DNA of 64,000 nt from Candidatus Latescibacterota bacterium. Lineage in GTDB: Bacteria > Latescibacterota > UBA2968 > UBA8231. Below are positions 37,184 to 46,836 of the stretch, one piece after another; position 1 is the stretch's first letter; every line of letters begins with the position of its first letter. The DNA lies in assembly GCA_965203175.1 (NCBI GenBank), contig OZ241867.1:1504001-1568000 (forward strand), in the 5' to 3' direction. The notes beneath the pieces were generated by a model. That model did not search any database. It saw only the letters and a list, made by a program, of their open reading frames with translations, and was not told where the DNA came from. The translations under genes were made by a program, and so were the position numbers.

Positions 37184-37630
37184 ATGAGCCTCCCTCAAAG
37201 TATACCTTCGGACGAGGCTTTGGGGCGGGGCGTATTTTCAAGCAAACAGGCACGCCAAGCTAGACGCGGGACAAAGCCCATACCCCGCCATGCATTCCTC
37301 GCACAGTGGGGGAAAGTGGAAATCTCCGTTGATCGGCTTGATTTCGCAGAGCCTGAAGAGATGGCGGAGCTTGGCGACAAAGTAGCAGTTGGTCGTAGTG
37401 TAGATCGTACGGTCACATTTTATGGCTGGGCCGTCATTGCTGCTAAAGACGCCGAAAGCAATGGGCGGCAGGTGGTTTACACTCCACAATCCGATAATCC
37501 ATACCATACAGATATTATCTTGCCAGACTCCACAGCGGAGGACCGTGACGAACAAATTAGTCACGCCCAAGAGTTGGCGGATGCATCCCTATGGCGCGAA
37601 CGTCCAGACTCCACGAAAACTGACGAATGA
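37184..37630 (+). CDS. Hypothetical protein, possible ADP-ribosyltransferase-like fold
   Basis: E.LGRGVF, AFL, ISVDR, FYGWA, TP..DNPYHTDI.LP, HAQELA; start at 37184 (ATG) or 37175. Confidence 0.65.
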   Translation: MSLPQSIPSDEALGRGVFSSKQARQARRGTKPIPRHAFLAQWGKVEISVDRLDFAEPEEMAELGDKVAVGRSVDRTVTFYGWAVIAAKDAESNGRQVVYTPQSDNPYHTDIILPDSTAEDRDEQISHAQELADASLWRERPDSTKTDE

Positions 37631-37767
37631 CTCTTCGCGGATTGGCTCAATCAAAAATAAAATCGACCTAATCGGTTCCTCGAACCACCCCGCACGAGCT
37701 TGACCAAGCAGGCGGATTGCATTAACTCACTCTAGGCCGCCAACGCAAACCGAAAGACAGGTGCAAA

Positions 37768-39708
37768 GTGGATCTAGACAAACTGCTGAGCGACGTGGAT
37801 CTAGACGAAATGCTGCGCCTCTACGACGAGGCGGCTGAGGAGCTGATGCAAGTCGCCATCAGCGATGGCCACTTTGCCGACCGCGATCCAAGCGAAATCA
37901 TCTGGCCGGTGGGCAGCGACCTCAACGCGCTTGAGCGACGCGCCGAACTGATCGGCTCCATTCACGAAGGCATTCCCCCGCTCCGCGACAAGCGCCTGCA
38001 AGAGGCATACGACCACTACGAGCGCGTCGGCCCCGCCTACCACCAAGCGAACCGCCTCTACCTAGCAACGCGCCAACTCTTCGTCGAACGCGGCCGCGGC
38101 GACGCACTCGATTTCCACGCGCTCTACCAATCGGTCTATCTACACGCCCTAGGCCGCGACAACCCCTACACCCTCGACAAAGGCGAGGCCGCCCTCGTCA
38201 AGCTGCGGGTCGCCCGCGTGCCGCTGTCCCACGCCCACGCGGTCGCCGAGAAGATACAATCCGGGACGGCGCAAAAAGAGCCCGCGACCGACTCGGCCGA
38301 CGATCCGCGCTTGGCCGAACACTACGTCTGCGAAATCGACGGGGTGCGCCACGCCGGGACGCTGCGCGACCTGCTTAGCGAGGTTGCCGAGCGCGTCGTC
38401 GATTACCTCGCCGCTGGCGAGCACCTCGCCATCCGCTTTAACACCTATAGCAACTTCATCTATCTCGGTATATCGGTGTGGAAGGCTATCACGGACGCCG
38501 ACGTGCTCTTGGCCCGCATCGAGGGGCGGGTGCGCGTCCAATGGCACCAAAAGCTGTGCAAGCTGGTCCTGCTGGGTAAGGGCATGCTACTCAAGTTCCT
38601 CCAAGCCCACTCCGAAGATCCCGCCCAAATCAAGCCGAGGGAATTTTGGTACGGCCAAGAGTACAGCTACCTGACCCGCGACATGATCGACCTGACGCGC
38701 CGCTTAGTCGGCTACGTCAACCGCCTAGCAGGCAGAGCGCGCGGAGAAGTCGATCTGGTGGTCCTTCCGCCCTTGCTCGACGGCAAGGCCAAGGGCCGCT
38801 TTCTCGAATACCAGCACGTCGGACGGCGCCAGAGCCTCGGCCCATGGAGCCGTCGGGCGCGCCTCTTTCAGTGGGCTTTTCTCTACTACCGCACCGGAAA
38901 GAAAAAAATGAGCCTCCTAGCGGCTCAACTCCCAGAAGCAGAGCGCCTCAAAGCCGCCAGCGCCCAAAGCAGCGAATGGGGGAGGAAATCGCTGGACATC
39001 TTCGGCATTGAATTGACCGTAAGCGCCGATCCGCTCTTCGCCGCCACCGCCCGCGACCTCGATCTAGCCAACAAACAGGAGAAGGTCCTGTTTCTCCCCA
39101 CGCACCGCAGCCTCTTCGACCATCCGGTGATGAGTACCCTGATCCACGACCCCCGCTTCCTCGAACTGATGGGCTGGCGCGAACTTCCCGCGCCGGTGAG
39201 CCTCGCCCGCGCGCGACTGACCGAACCCGCAACCCTGCGCATTGGCGGGCGCTCTTTTTCGCTGATTGGCTTTACTACCGAGGAAGTCGATCAGATCATG
39301 GAGAAAGTCGATGGGCACGTCATTATGACCCGCTCGGCCGACACGAAAAATCCCACGCGCCGCTTTGCCGAACTCCTCGCACAGCGGCCGGGCGTTGTCT
39401 ATGGCGAGGGCACCACGGCCGCGTTTGAGCATCAGTGCTTGCCCATGCAGCACGCGCTCTTTGCCTATCTGCCGCCCGACGTGATCATCGTGCCGCTAAC
39501 TTTTCGCGGCCTGCACTCGCTGTGGCCCAAATGTCCCCGGGGCAATCTCAATATCGGCAGCGGCCGGGTCGAAGTAATGGTTTGCCCACCCATGCTCGGC
39601 GAAACCACGCTCCTGCCGCGCAAGCGCGCCCTGCGCACGCAGCTAGAGCCAGCGACGCTCTTCCAAGCCGTACACATCGCGCGGCTTTTCAATCCAGAAC
39701 CAGCCTAA
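37768..39708 (+). CDS. Large protein: unknown N-terminal region plus C-terminal PlsC-like acyltransferase domain
   Basis: LFLPTHRSLFDHP (HX4D), VYGEGT (block III), IIVPLTFRG (block IV). Confidence 0.75.
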   Translation: MDLDKLLSDVDLDEMLRLYDEAAEELMQVAISDGHFADRDPSEIIWPVGSDLNALERRAELIGSIHEGIPPLRDKRLQEAYDHYERVGPAYHQANRLYLATRQLFVERGRGDALDFHALYQSVYLHALGRDNPYTLDKGEAALVKLRVARVPLSHAHAVAEKIQSGTAQKEPATDSADDPRLAEHYVCEIDGVRHAGTLRDLLSEVAERVVDYLAAGEHLAIRFNTYSNFIYLGISVWKAITDADVLLARIEGRVRVQWHQKLCKLVLLGKGMLLKFLQAHSEDPAQIKPREFWYGQEYSYLTRDMIDLTRRLVGYVNRLAGRARGEVDLVVLPPLLDGKAKGRFLEYQHVGRRQSLGPWSRRARLFQWAFLYYRTGKKKMSLLAAQLPEAERLKAASAQSSEWGRKSLDIFGIELTVSADPLFAATARDLDLANKQEKVLFLPTHRSLFDHPVMSTLIHDPRFLELMGWRELPAPVSLARARLTEPATLRIGGRSFSLIGFTTEEVDQIMEKVDGHVIMTRSADTKNPTRRFAELLAQRPGVVYGEGTTAAFEHQCLPMQHALFAYLPPDVIIVPLTFRGLHSLWPKCPRGNLNIGSGRVEVMVCPPMLGETTLLPRKRALRTQLEPATLFQAVHIARLFNPEPA

Positions 39709-42700
39709 AAAAGCGATAGCTGCTCGGCCTCCCGCCGGCGCGGCATGGCCGCATCCTCGCGCGCGAGCAACCGAGCGGGAATCTCTTCTACAAACGGCGA
39801 CAGCGCGCACTGCACCCGCTCGCCATAGCGCTGGCGGGTGCGCGCCCGCAGCAACACCAACTCCTCTTCCGCTCGCGTCATGCCCACGTAAAAGAGCCGC
39901 CGCTCCTCGGCGAGGTCGGCGTCCCGCTCGCGGAAGGGAATGAGTCCGTCCTCCACCCCGCAGATAAATACCACTGGAAACTCCAAGCCCTTGGCCGCGT
40001 GCAAAGTCATCAGCGCGACGGCCTCCGGGCCTTGGGGGCCGCCCCGCTCTTCGTAGTCGGCCTCCGCGCCTAGGAGCACGGTCTCCAGTAGCTGCGCGAG
40101 CGTTCCGGTCCCGTCCGCAACTCGGGCCAAGTGCTCCAAGTCCTCGTCCTCCGGGTCGCCGAACTCGGCCTGCCAGCGGCGCACCCAAGCACCCGCCCCC
40201 TCCTGCTCGGCCCATCGCCTGTACTCCGCTATCCGCGCCTCTAACATCTCAACCCGGTCCTGCGCTGCGGCCGACAGTTCCCCCCGCCGAACTTGGCGCA
40301 AAATGTGCGATTCCACGCCCATGGCCTCTAGCGCCTGCCAACGGCGCACATCCTCTTGCGAAATCGAAACATAACGGGCAAACGCCAACGCGGCCCGCAC
40401 GACCGGCGCTTGCAGAAAACCCTTCTGCCCGACGAGCCGGTAGGGCAGGCCCTCCTTGTGGAAGCACTCTTCCAGCACTTGGCCCTGTCGGCCGGTGCGG
40501 AAGAGCACGGCAAAGTCGGCGAAACTGCGCGTGCCCTCTGCGCCAGCATCGGTCTGCACCATGTCGGTGCCGCCGACCATGCGGGCAATCTCCCGCACCA
40601 CCGCAATGCCCTCGGCCGTCTCGCTCTGCACCTCGATTAGGCGGATTCTTTCCTTTCCCGGACGCACGGCTGCGAGTTCAATGGCCTCGCGCCCCGGATT
40701 GTGGCCGACGACGGCAGCGGCGGCCTCGACAATATGCCCCTGCGAGCGGTAATTCGCGCCTAGATGAAAGAGTCGCGTATCCGAGAAACGGTCGCGCAAG
40801 TGAACGAAGTGGTCGGGCGAAGCTCCGCGAAAGCTGTAGATCGCCTGATCTGGGTCGCCGATGGCCATCAGGCCCGCGCCTTCACCCGCCAACTGCAGGA
40901 CCAATCTATACTGCGCGGCGTTGAGGTCTTGGAACTCGTCTATCAGCAGATAGGGAAACCGCGCCCGCACCTGTTCCCGCACGGCGGCATCCGCTTCTAA
41001 GAGGCGCAGCAAGTCCAAGATAATATCGTCGTAGTCGCAGGCTCCAGATGCGTGTAGAGCTTCCTGATAGGCGTCGTAATGCGGTCGCCACTCCTCGGCG
41101 ATCTCATCCGGCTCCTGAGCGGCGGCCTTGGCCAGCGAGATGGCTTGACTAGCGGCGGCGACCGGACCCGACAATCCAGCATCCGCCAGCGCCCCTTCCA
41201 GCAACCGGCGCGCTTCCACCTCGTCGAGCACCAGCTTTGGCTCGCAGCCCAACTCCCGCAACAGCGACAACGCCAAGCGGTGAAAGGTCCCCACCTGCAT
41301 CGCACCCAGCCCACCACCCAACAATGCGCTCAGCCGCTGTCGCATCTGTCCAGCCGCCCGCCGGGTAAAGGTAATGGCCATGATCTGCCCCGGATCCACG
41401 CCATTTGCGACCAGCCGGGCAATGCGCCGCGTCAGCACCCGGGTCTTACCCGACCCTGGCCCAGCCACGACCACTAAAGGCCCTCCTTCGGCCTCTTCGA
41501 TTTGACGCTGTGCGTCGTCGAGCGCGTCCGCGTCCTGCTCCACTTGTGTGGTGCTATCAGGCCTTGGCACCTGTACCGGTGAGACGTGAACTTCCTCAGC
41601 CGTCTTCACGACCGCCGGTCCCAAGTCGAACAGCGCACCCTGCCCTTGTAAGCGCGCCCGCTCCTCCTCGCTAAACACGCTGATTACGCCGTACTCCCCA
41701 TCGTGGCCGGGGTAAATGTCCACCTCGCCGCAGCGCATCCGGCGCACGCCCTCGGCCACCAACGGCCCGGCGCAACTTTCAATCGCTTCAAGTCCGGCGC
41801 GGCGCAATACTTCGAGTTCCGGCCCTATCTCGGCTAGGAGCCGGTCGTACACAGCGCGGACTTTCTTGGACTTCGGACCAACACCAACCGCTGCGCCGAT
41901 CACTTCGTCGAGCGGGATCAAGTACTCATAGGGCGGAGCAACCTCCGGTCGAAACCCCTCCGGACGGTCGGCTAGCTTCTCCACCCGGTGCAAAACCCCC
42001 ACCGTCAGCTTGCGTCCGCACACCGGGCAGATCCCCTCGGCGGCCAGCGTTTGCGCCGGCTTGTAGCACACCGCGCACTTGCGGTGGCCGTCGTAGTGGT
42101 ACTTGCCTTCTTCGGGGTAGAACTCCAAGGTACCCAAAAAGCGCGCTGGATCGCGGTCTTTGAGCGCAGAGTAGATGCCCGGATACGAGCACTCCGTGTC
42201 AAAGCACGTGGCCTCGCGGGCCAGCTTTTGCGGCGAGTGGGCGTCGGAATTGGATACGATCGCATAGCGGTCGAGGGCCGACAGTCGCCAGTTCATCGGC
42301 GGATCCGAGGACAAGCCGGTCTCCACGGCGAAGATGTGCGGCAACAAATCCTCGTAGCACTCCTCCAACGATTCAAAACCCGACGATGCCCCCAACGCGG
42401 CAAAGTGCGGCGTCCATATATGGGCCGGGATGAAGAGCACGCTCTCGTCGGCTTCGAGACAGATTTCTAAGAGGTCGCGGCTGTCCAACCCCAAGATGGG
42501 CCGGCCGTCGGAGTGCAAGTTGCCGATAGCTCCGAGGCGGCGGTTGAGTCGAGCTACGGATTCGAGGGAGGGCAGGATGACGACGTGGTGGATTTTGCGG
42601 GTTTTGTCGCCCTTCTTGTAGATGGTGCTGATTTCCACCGAAAGCATGAAACGCACGGCGCGACGGCAGCGCTCGGGCAACCCTTGTTCCACGGCGGCGC

Positions 42701-42911
42701 GACGACCGGGTTCGAGTTGGTACAAGCCCTCTTCAGCCGGTTCGAGTTCCTCAGATAGCTCAGCAAACCACTCTGGATGCGTGTAGTCGCCCGTGCCGAC
42801 CACGTCAACGCCCTTGAGTGCCGACCACTTGTGCAAATTAGAAGGGTTGAGCTCGCGGCTCGTCGCTCGCGCAAAGCGCGAGTGCAGATGCATGTCGATT
42901 GTGAACTGCAT
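39705..42911 (-). CDS. PHP/endonuclease Q-like domain fused to UvrD/PcrA helicase
   Basis: DMHLHSRF, GTGD, PAHIWTP, NSDAHS, CAVC..CPVC; then AGPGSGKT, DEFQD, GDPDQAIYSFRGA, NYRS, TLHAAKGLEF, ERRLFYVGMTRA. Confidence 0.92.
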   Translation of the reverse strand: MQFTIDMHLHSRFARATSRELNPSNLHKWSALKGVDVVGTGDYTHPEWFAELSEELEPAEEGLYQLEPGRRAAVEQGLPERCRRAVRFMLSVEISTIYKKGDKTRKIHHVVILPSLESVARLNRRLGAIGNLHSDGRPILGLDSRDLLEICLEADESVLFIPAHIWTPHFAALGASSGFESLEECYEDLLPHIFAVETGLSSDPPMNWRLSALDRYAIVSNSDAHSPQKLAREATCFDTECSYPGIYSALKDRDPARFLGTLEFYPEEGKYHYDGHRKCAVCYKPAQTLAAEGICPVCGRKLTVGVLHRVEKLADRPEGFRPEVAPPYEYLIPLDEVIGAAVGVGPKSKKVRAVYDRLLAEIGPELEVLRRAGLEAIESCAGPLVAEGVRRMRCGEVDIYPGHDGEYGVISVFSEEERARLQGQGALFDLGPAVVKTAEEVHVSPVQVPRPDSTTQVEQDADALDDAQRQIEEAEGGPLVVVAGPGSGKTRVLTRRIARLVANGVDPGQIMAITFTRRAAGQMRQRLSALLGGGLGAMQVGTFHRLALSLLRELGCEPKLVLDEVEARRLLEGALADAGLSGPVAAASQAISLAKAAAQEPDEIAEEWRPHYDAYQEALHASGACDYDDIILDLLRLLEADAAVREQVRARFPYLLIDEFQDLNAAQYRLVLQLAGEGAGLMAIGDPDQAIYSFRGASPDHFVHLRDRFSDTRLFHLGANYRSQGHIVEAAAAVVGHNPGREAIELAAVRPGKERIRLIEVQSETAEGIAVVREIARMVGGTDMVQTDAGAEGTRSFADFAVLFRTGRQGQVLEECFHKEGLPYRLVGQKGFLQAPVVRAALAFARYVSISQEDVRRWQALEAMGVESHILRQVRRGELSAAAQDRVEMLEARIAEYRRWAEQEGAGAWVRRWQAEFGDPEDEDLEHLARVADGTGTLAQLLETVLLGAEADYEERGGPQGPEAVALMTLHAAKGLEFPVVFICGVEDGLIPFRERDADLAEERRLFYVGMTRAEEELVLLRARTRQRYGERVQCALSPFVEEIPARLLAREDAAMPRRREAEQLSLF

Positions 42912-42941
42912 TTCGGATCCCCGTTGACTTGTAGGGTTGCC

Positions 42942-43838
42942 CTAATTCCGCTCGACCCAGTTGGCAACCACAATCCCTACAGCCACCAATCCCATGCTGG
43001 CCAGCAGATAGGGCGATATGGCCTCGTCCAAGAGCGCGGCACTCAACAGCACGCCCACCACCGGCGTAGCAAAGCCGAAGCCTCCCAATCGCCCCGGTGA
43101 GTGGTGTTGGAGCAGAAAAACTAGAATGATAAAGCACAGCCCAGCGACGACGATGCCTTGGTAGAGTACGCCGGCGATGACCGGGCCGGTTAGAACGTAC
43201 TCGGCCTCGGATTCTAAAAACGCGCTCCAAGCGGCAAACAGCGGCAGGCTTAGCACGGCCTGCCAAAACAGAACCTGATAGGGGTTAAGCCCCTGCACCA
43301 GCCGCTTAATTACCACCTGCCGCAAACCCAACAACAAACCGCTGGCGGCCACCATCGCGTCGCCGAGCAGGTACTGCGTCTCAGCCAGCGCCAGCGACTC
43401 CCAAAACAGCAACACTACGCCGGCAAACGAAATGAGCAAGCCAAACCACTGCCCTAAGCCCAAGCGGTCGCCGACGAGCAAGTGCGCGAAGAGTGCCGTG
43501 AAGAAGGGGTAGATATTGACCACCACCCCCGAGCGGCTGGCCGTGGTGTATTGAGTGCCTGCGTTCAAAAGCCATATTTGCAGCGCGAAAAGCAGTGCCA
43601 AGCCGCCCAGCCCTTTCCATTCGCTGGAGGGTATGCGCAACTGAATACCAGCAAAAAGTGCCCCGACCCATACGGTCAGGGCACCCAATGCAAAGCGCAA
43701 GCCCGCCATCGCCGCCGGCGGCACCCCATCGAGACCCACCTTGATCGCCACCGGATTGCCGCCCCACAGCACGGCGGTCACAAGGGCTAGGGTGCCGGCC
43801 TTTAGCCCGACGGCCTCATTGCGGATTTCGGTGGCCAA
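42942..43838 (-). CDS. DMT/EamA family transporter
   Basis: About 10 TM helices; LWG.N.VAIK, AGLRF, P.FTALFAH, GD... Confidence 0.9.
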   Translation of the reverse strand: MATEIRNEAVGLKAGTLALVTAVLWGGNPVAIKVGLDGVPPAAMAGLRFALGALTVWVGALFAGIQLRIPSSEWKGLGGLALLFALQIWLLNAGTQYTTASRSGVVVNIYPFFTALFAHLLVGDRLGLGQWFGLLISFAGVVLLFWESLALAETQYLLGDAMVAASGLLLGLRQVVIKRLVQGLNPYQVLFWQAVLSLPLFAAWSAFLESEAEYVLTGPVIAGVLYQGIVVAGLCFIILVFLLQHHSPGRLGGFGFATPVVGVLLSAALLDEAISPYLLASMGLVAVGIVVANWVERN

Positions 43839-43839
43839 T

Positions 43840-44481
43840 TTACTCGATGATCTCGGCCTTGACGATATAGTCTAGGTTGGGAAAGTTTTCTTCGAGATAG
43901 GCATTGCCGTTCATGGTAATCTGACCTTGGTTTGGCTGCTGACCGTACTCGGCGTTGATCGCATCGACCACCTCCATGCCTTCTACCACCTCGCCGAAGG
44001 GCGCAAACCCCATGCCGTCGAGTTTGGAGTTGTCCCCCAAGTTGATAAAGAGCTGGGTTGTACGCGTATTGGGCTGGTTAGTTTTGGCGTACGTGATCCG
44101 TCCGCGCGTATTGACCTGCTTGACGGGGTCGTCGAGGATATTGGCCTGACGCCAGGCCATGTTCAGCTTTGGATCGCCGCTCAGGCCCCACTGCACCACA
44201 AAGCCAGGCATCACGCGGAAGAAGCGCTGCCCGTCGTAAAAACCGTTGCGAACCAAGTTGTAGAACCGGTCTGCCCCGATCGGTGCCCAATCGCGCGTCA
44301 CTTGGATGACTACCGAGCCAGCGCTAGTCTCCAAGCGCACTGAGAATTCGTCGGGTGCCTGCTCGTTCAAGGCCTCGCCTGTAGGATCCATTAAGATCTC
44401 CTTGCTTGTTTCTCCACCTTGACCGCCGGTTCCACAGCCGAAAGCCCAAAGTGCGATGATTAATAGTGCGCTCCGCTTCAT
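43840..44481 (-). CDS. Cyclophilin-type peptidyl-prolyl isomerase, probable lipoprotein
   Basis: Lipobox-like AFGC; WAPIGADRFYNLV, FFRV.PGFVVQWG, RTTQLFINL.DN, FAPFGEVVEGM. Confidence 0.92.
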   Translation of the reverse strand: MKRSALLIIALWAFGCGTGGQGGETSKEILMDPTGEALNEQAPDEFSVRLETSAGSVVIQVTRDWAPIGADRFYNLVRNGFYDGQRFFRVMPGFVVQWGLSGDPKLNMAWRQANILDDPVKQVNTRGRITYAKTNQPNTRTTQLFINLGDNSKLDGMGFAPFGEVVEGMEVVDAINAEYGQQPNQGQITMNGNAYLEENFPNLDYIVKAEIIE

Positions 44482-44521
44482 AATTTTATGCCTTTATGCT
44501 TGGTGTGTTTGTCGATTTCCG

Positions 44522-46759
44522 CTACAGCCCTTTCACGGCTGCGACGAGCGCCTCAGTCGTAATGCCGAAGTGTGCCCACGTCTCTATATGGCCTTCTGAC
44601 GGAGCCGTCGTCGGATCGGTAATGCCGATGTGCGCCGCCGGAATGCCCAAGTCGCCGGCAACGCCCGCCACCAACCCGGCGAAACCGCGCACGCCAGTAT
44701 TGGCTGCGCCGATCAGACCGTCTTCGATGGTTGCTACACCCTTGGGATAGCGACCCATCAACTCTTCTAAGGCCGCGGCAGGCAGCGGCAGCCCATTGAT
44801 TATATGCACATCCACCCCACCTTCGAGCTGCTCAGCCGCCTCGCCAGCCAGAAAAGCCGGCGCACCAAAAGCCAAAATCGCCCGCTCTGCTCCTGCGTAG
44901 GTGCGATAGGCCGTCATCGACTCCCAATCGTCGCCCGGCTCCCACAGCGGCCCCGAGCCGTCTTGCTTTTCGAGGATGGGCAGGGAATCGCGCGGGATGC
45001 CGATGATGTGCCCTCCGTAGTGCGCCGCCATATCGCAGACAGCCAAAAACGCCGCCCGCGCATCGGCTGGTCCGTAGAAGCGGTGCAAATAAGGCAAATA
45101 GCTCAGGCCAACGTTGATCCACTCCAAGCCCCAACCCGAAAAGTGATCGCGCCCCGTGCAGGCCCCCACGTGCGAGACGTGGAAGGCGACGTTGAGGCCC
45201 TCGTTGACGCCGGTGAGATTGCGTTGGTAGCGCCAGACGTCAAAGCCCTCGCGGGCAATACCCTCGTAAAAGGCGGCAAACGTCGATACCACGTTGAACT
45301 GCGGACCCGGCCCACTCATCGCCAACCCGTCGGTAATCAGACAAGCGGCTTGCTCCTCAATGCTCATCTCGAATTGGTGATCCGCGGCCAAGAACCCGCG
45401 CGCCTTCGCCAGCTTGGTCGAGGGATCTAGGTCGCAGCTAACTACGAAGACGTCGTCGGGAAAATGTTCGGCCACCGCTGCGTACGCAGCCTCAGACCCG
45501 GCGCGCGGACTTTCGCGCTCGCCAACCTCGGGCAAGCTGACCTCTTTCTTGATGCTTTCGGGCAGAACCAAATTGCGGCTACCGGGGACGGGTCTGGCTC
45601 GGGTCTCAACTTGGCGCTTCTCGCCTCGGCGCAGCGTCGCTAGGGCCTGGTCCACAACCGCTGTCTTTCGGAACATCGGATTGCTCAGCACCTGCGCGGC
45701 GTCGCGGCCCTTCATGTGGCCGTCGTGATGCCCTTCGCCGCCGGGGAGCTTGTTGACCAAAAAGAGGCACTCGAGCATCGGCACTACGTCGCGATAGCTC
45801 ATCAGCGAGCCGGGGACCCAGATGCGAGTGCTGGGATCGACGCCGTGCTCAGCGGCGAACGCTGCGACCTCGGAACCAATGCCCAGGCGCTCGCCAAAGT
45901 CGCCGAGTTGCTCGTGCGTTCCCGTGGGATAGATCAGCGTCGGCCGGCCCTGCTGCGCCAGTTTGTAGCCTTCGACATAGGTTTCGTAGAGCACCGCAGC
46001 ATCGTGCAGGGTCCCGATCTCGATGACTTCCACGCCCATCGCCGCGACAATCGGACGCGGGTCCTTGTCCATAATGCCCTCGGTCGCGCCCGAAAGCTGG
46101 ATCCCGTTGCGGTGCATGACGAAAGTGATCGGCGCTCCGTGGACGGCTGCGCCGTTGAAGCCGTTGAGCGCTTGGCCCGAAATGTAACCAGCGTCGCCAC
46201 AGTGGCAGATGACCCAGCCGCCCTCGCTGCGCTTGGCCCGCTTGCCGAGGGCTTGGCCCACAGCCACCGGAATCATCACCCCCAAGCGCCCGCCGTTGAG
46301 TTGAGTGCCGCCCGGCAACCAAGACACGTGCCCGGGAGCGTCGAGTCCGCGGCGAAAACCCTCGACGACGATCTCCTCATCGATAAAGCCCAACGCCGCT
46401 AATGCTGCGTAGTAACCCACAGAAGTATGGGCGTGTTCGATAGTGTATTCGATGCGCTCGTAGTCGGTGATCGCCAAAGTCAGCAAGAGCGACGGAATCA
46501 ACTCCAGACCGCCACCGAGGTGATCCAGTTCGCCGATTTCGGCCAGTGAGGCCAGCGAGCGGATCGCGGTCGCGGCTGCTTCGATCTGCAAGCCCTCTAG
46601 GGCGTCGATTTGCTCTTGGTACAGCGCTTGTTGGTTGCCGATATCCACGGTGAGCGGCAAGACCTCGGAATGCACTTTCTCGCCTAGATAGCGCACTCCG
46701 CCCAACAGCTCTTTGTTGCGCTGCCGCTGACCTGTTTGCGCCGCTTCGATCCCCCGCAT
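44522..46759 (-). CDS. Transketolase-like thiamine diphosphate enzyme (divergent)
   Basis: HLGGGL, PGH, G.LG, GDAG...N ThDP motif (GDAGYISG...HRNGIQL), DL..ST, MSIEEQ, STFAAF, SHVG, IED. Confidence 0.8.
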   Translation of the reverse strand: MRGIEAAQTGQRQRNKELLGGVRYLGEKVHSEVLPLTVDIGNQQALYQEQIDALEGLQIEAAATAIRSLASLAEIGELDHLGGGLELIPSLLLTLAITDYERIEYTIEHAHTSVGYYAALAALGFIDEEIVVEGFRRGLDAPGHVSWLPGGTQLNGGRLGVMIPVAVGQALGKRAKRSEGGWVICHCGDAGYISGQALNGFNGAAVHGAPITFVMHRNGIQLSGATEGIMDKDPRPIVAAMGVEVIEIGTLHDAAVLYETYVEGYKLAQQGRPTLIYPTGTHEQLGDFGERLGIGSEVAAFAAEHGVDPSTRIWVPGSLMSYRDVVPMLECLFLVNKLPGGEGHHDGHMKGRDAAQVLSNPMFRKTAVVDQALATLRRGEKRQVETRARPVPGSRNLVLPESIKKEVSLPEVGERESPRAGSEAAYAAVAEHFPDDVFVVSCDLDPSTKLAKARGFLAADHQFEMSIEEQAACLITDGLAMSGPGPQFNVVSTFAAFYEGIAREGFDVWRYQRNLTGVNEGLNVAFHVSHVGACTGRDHFSGWGLEWINVGLSYLPYLHRFYGPADARAAFLAVCDMAAHYGGHIIGIPRDSLPILEKQDGSGPLWEPGDDWESMTAYRTYAGAERAILAFGAPAFLAGEAAEQLEGGVDVHIINGLPLPAAALEELMGRYPKGVATIEDGLIGAANTGVRGFAGLVAGVAGDLGIPAAHIGITDPTTAPSEGHIETWAHFGITTEALVAAVKGL

Positions 46760-46836
46760 GTAGAACTCCCTAAGTGGGTATTTTTAATTGAATGAAAGAG
46801 TCGTAAAAGTATAAACCCAGCACCGAATGCGAGCAA

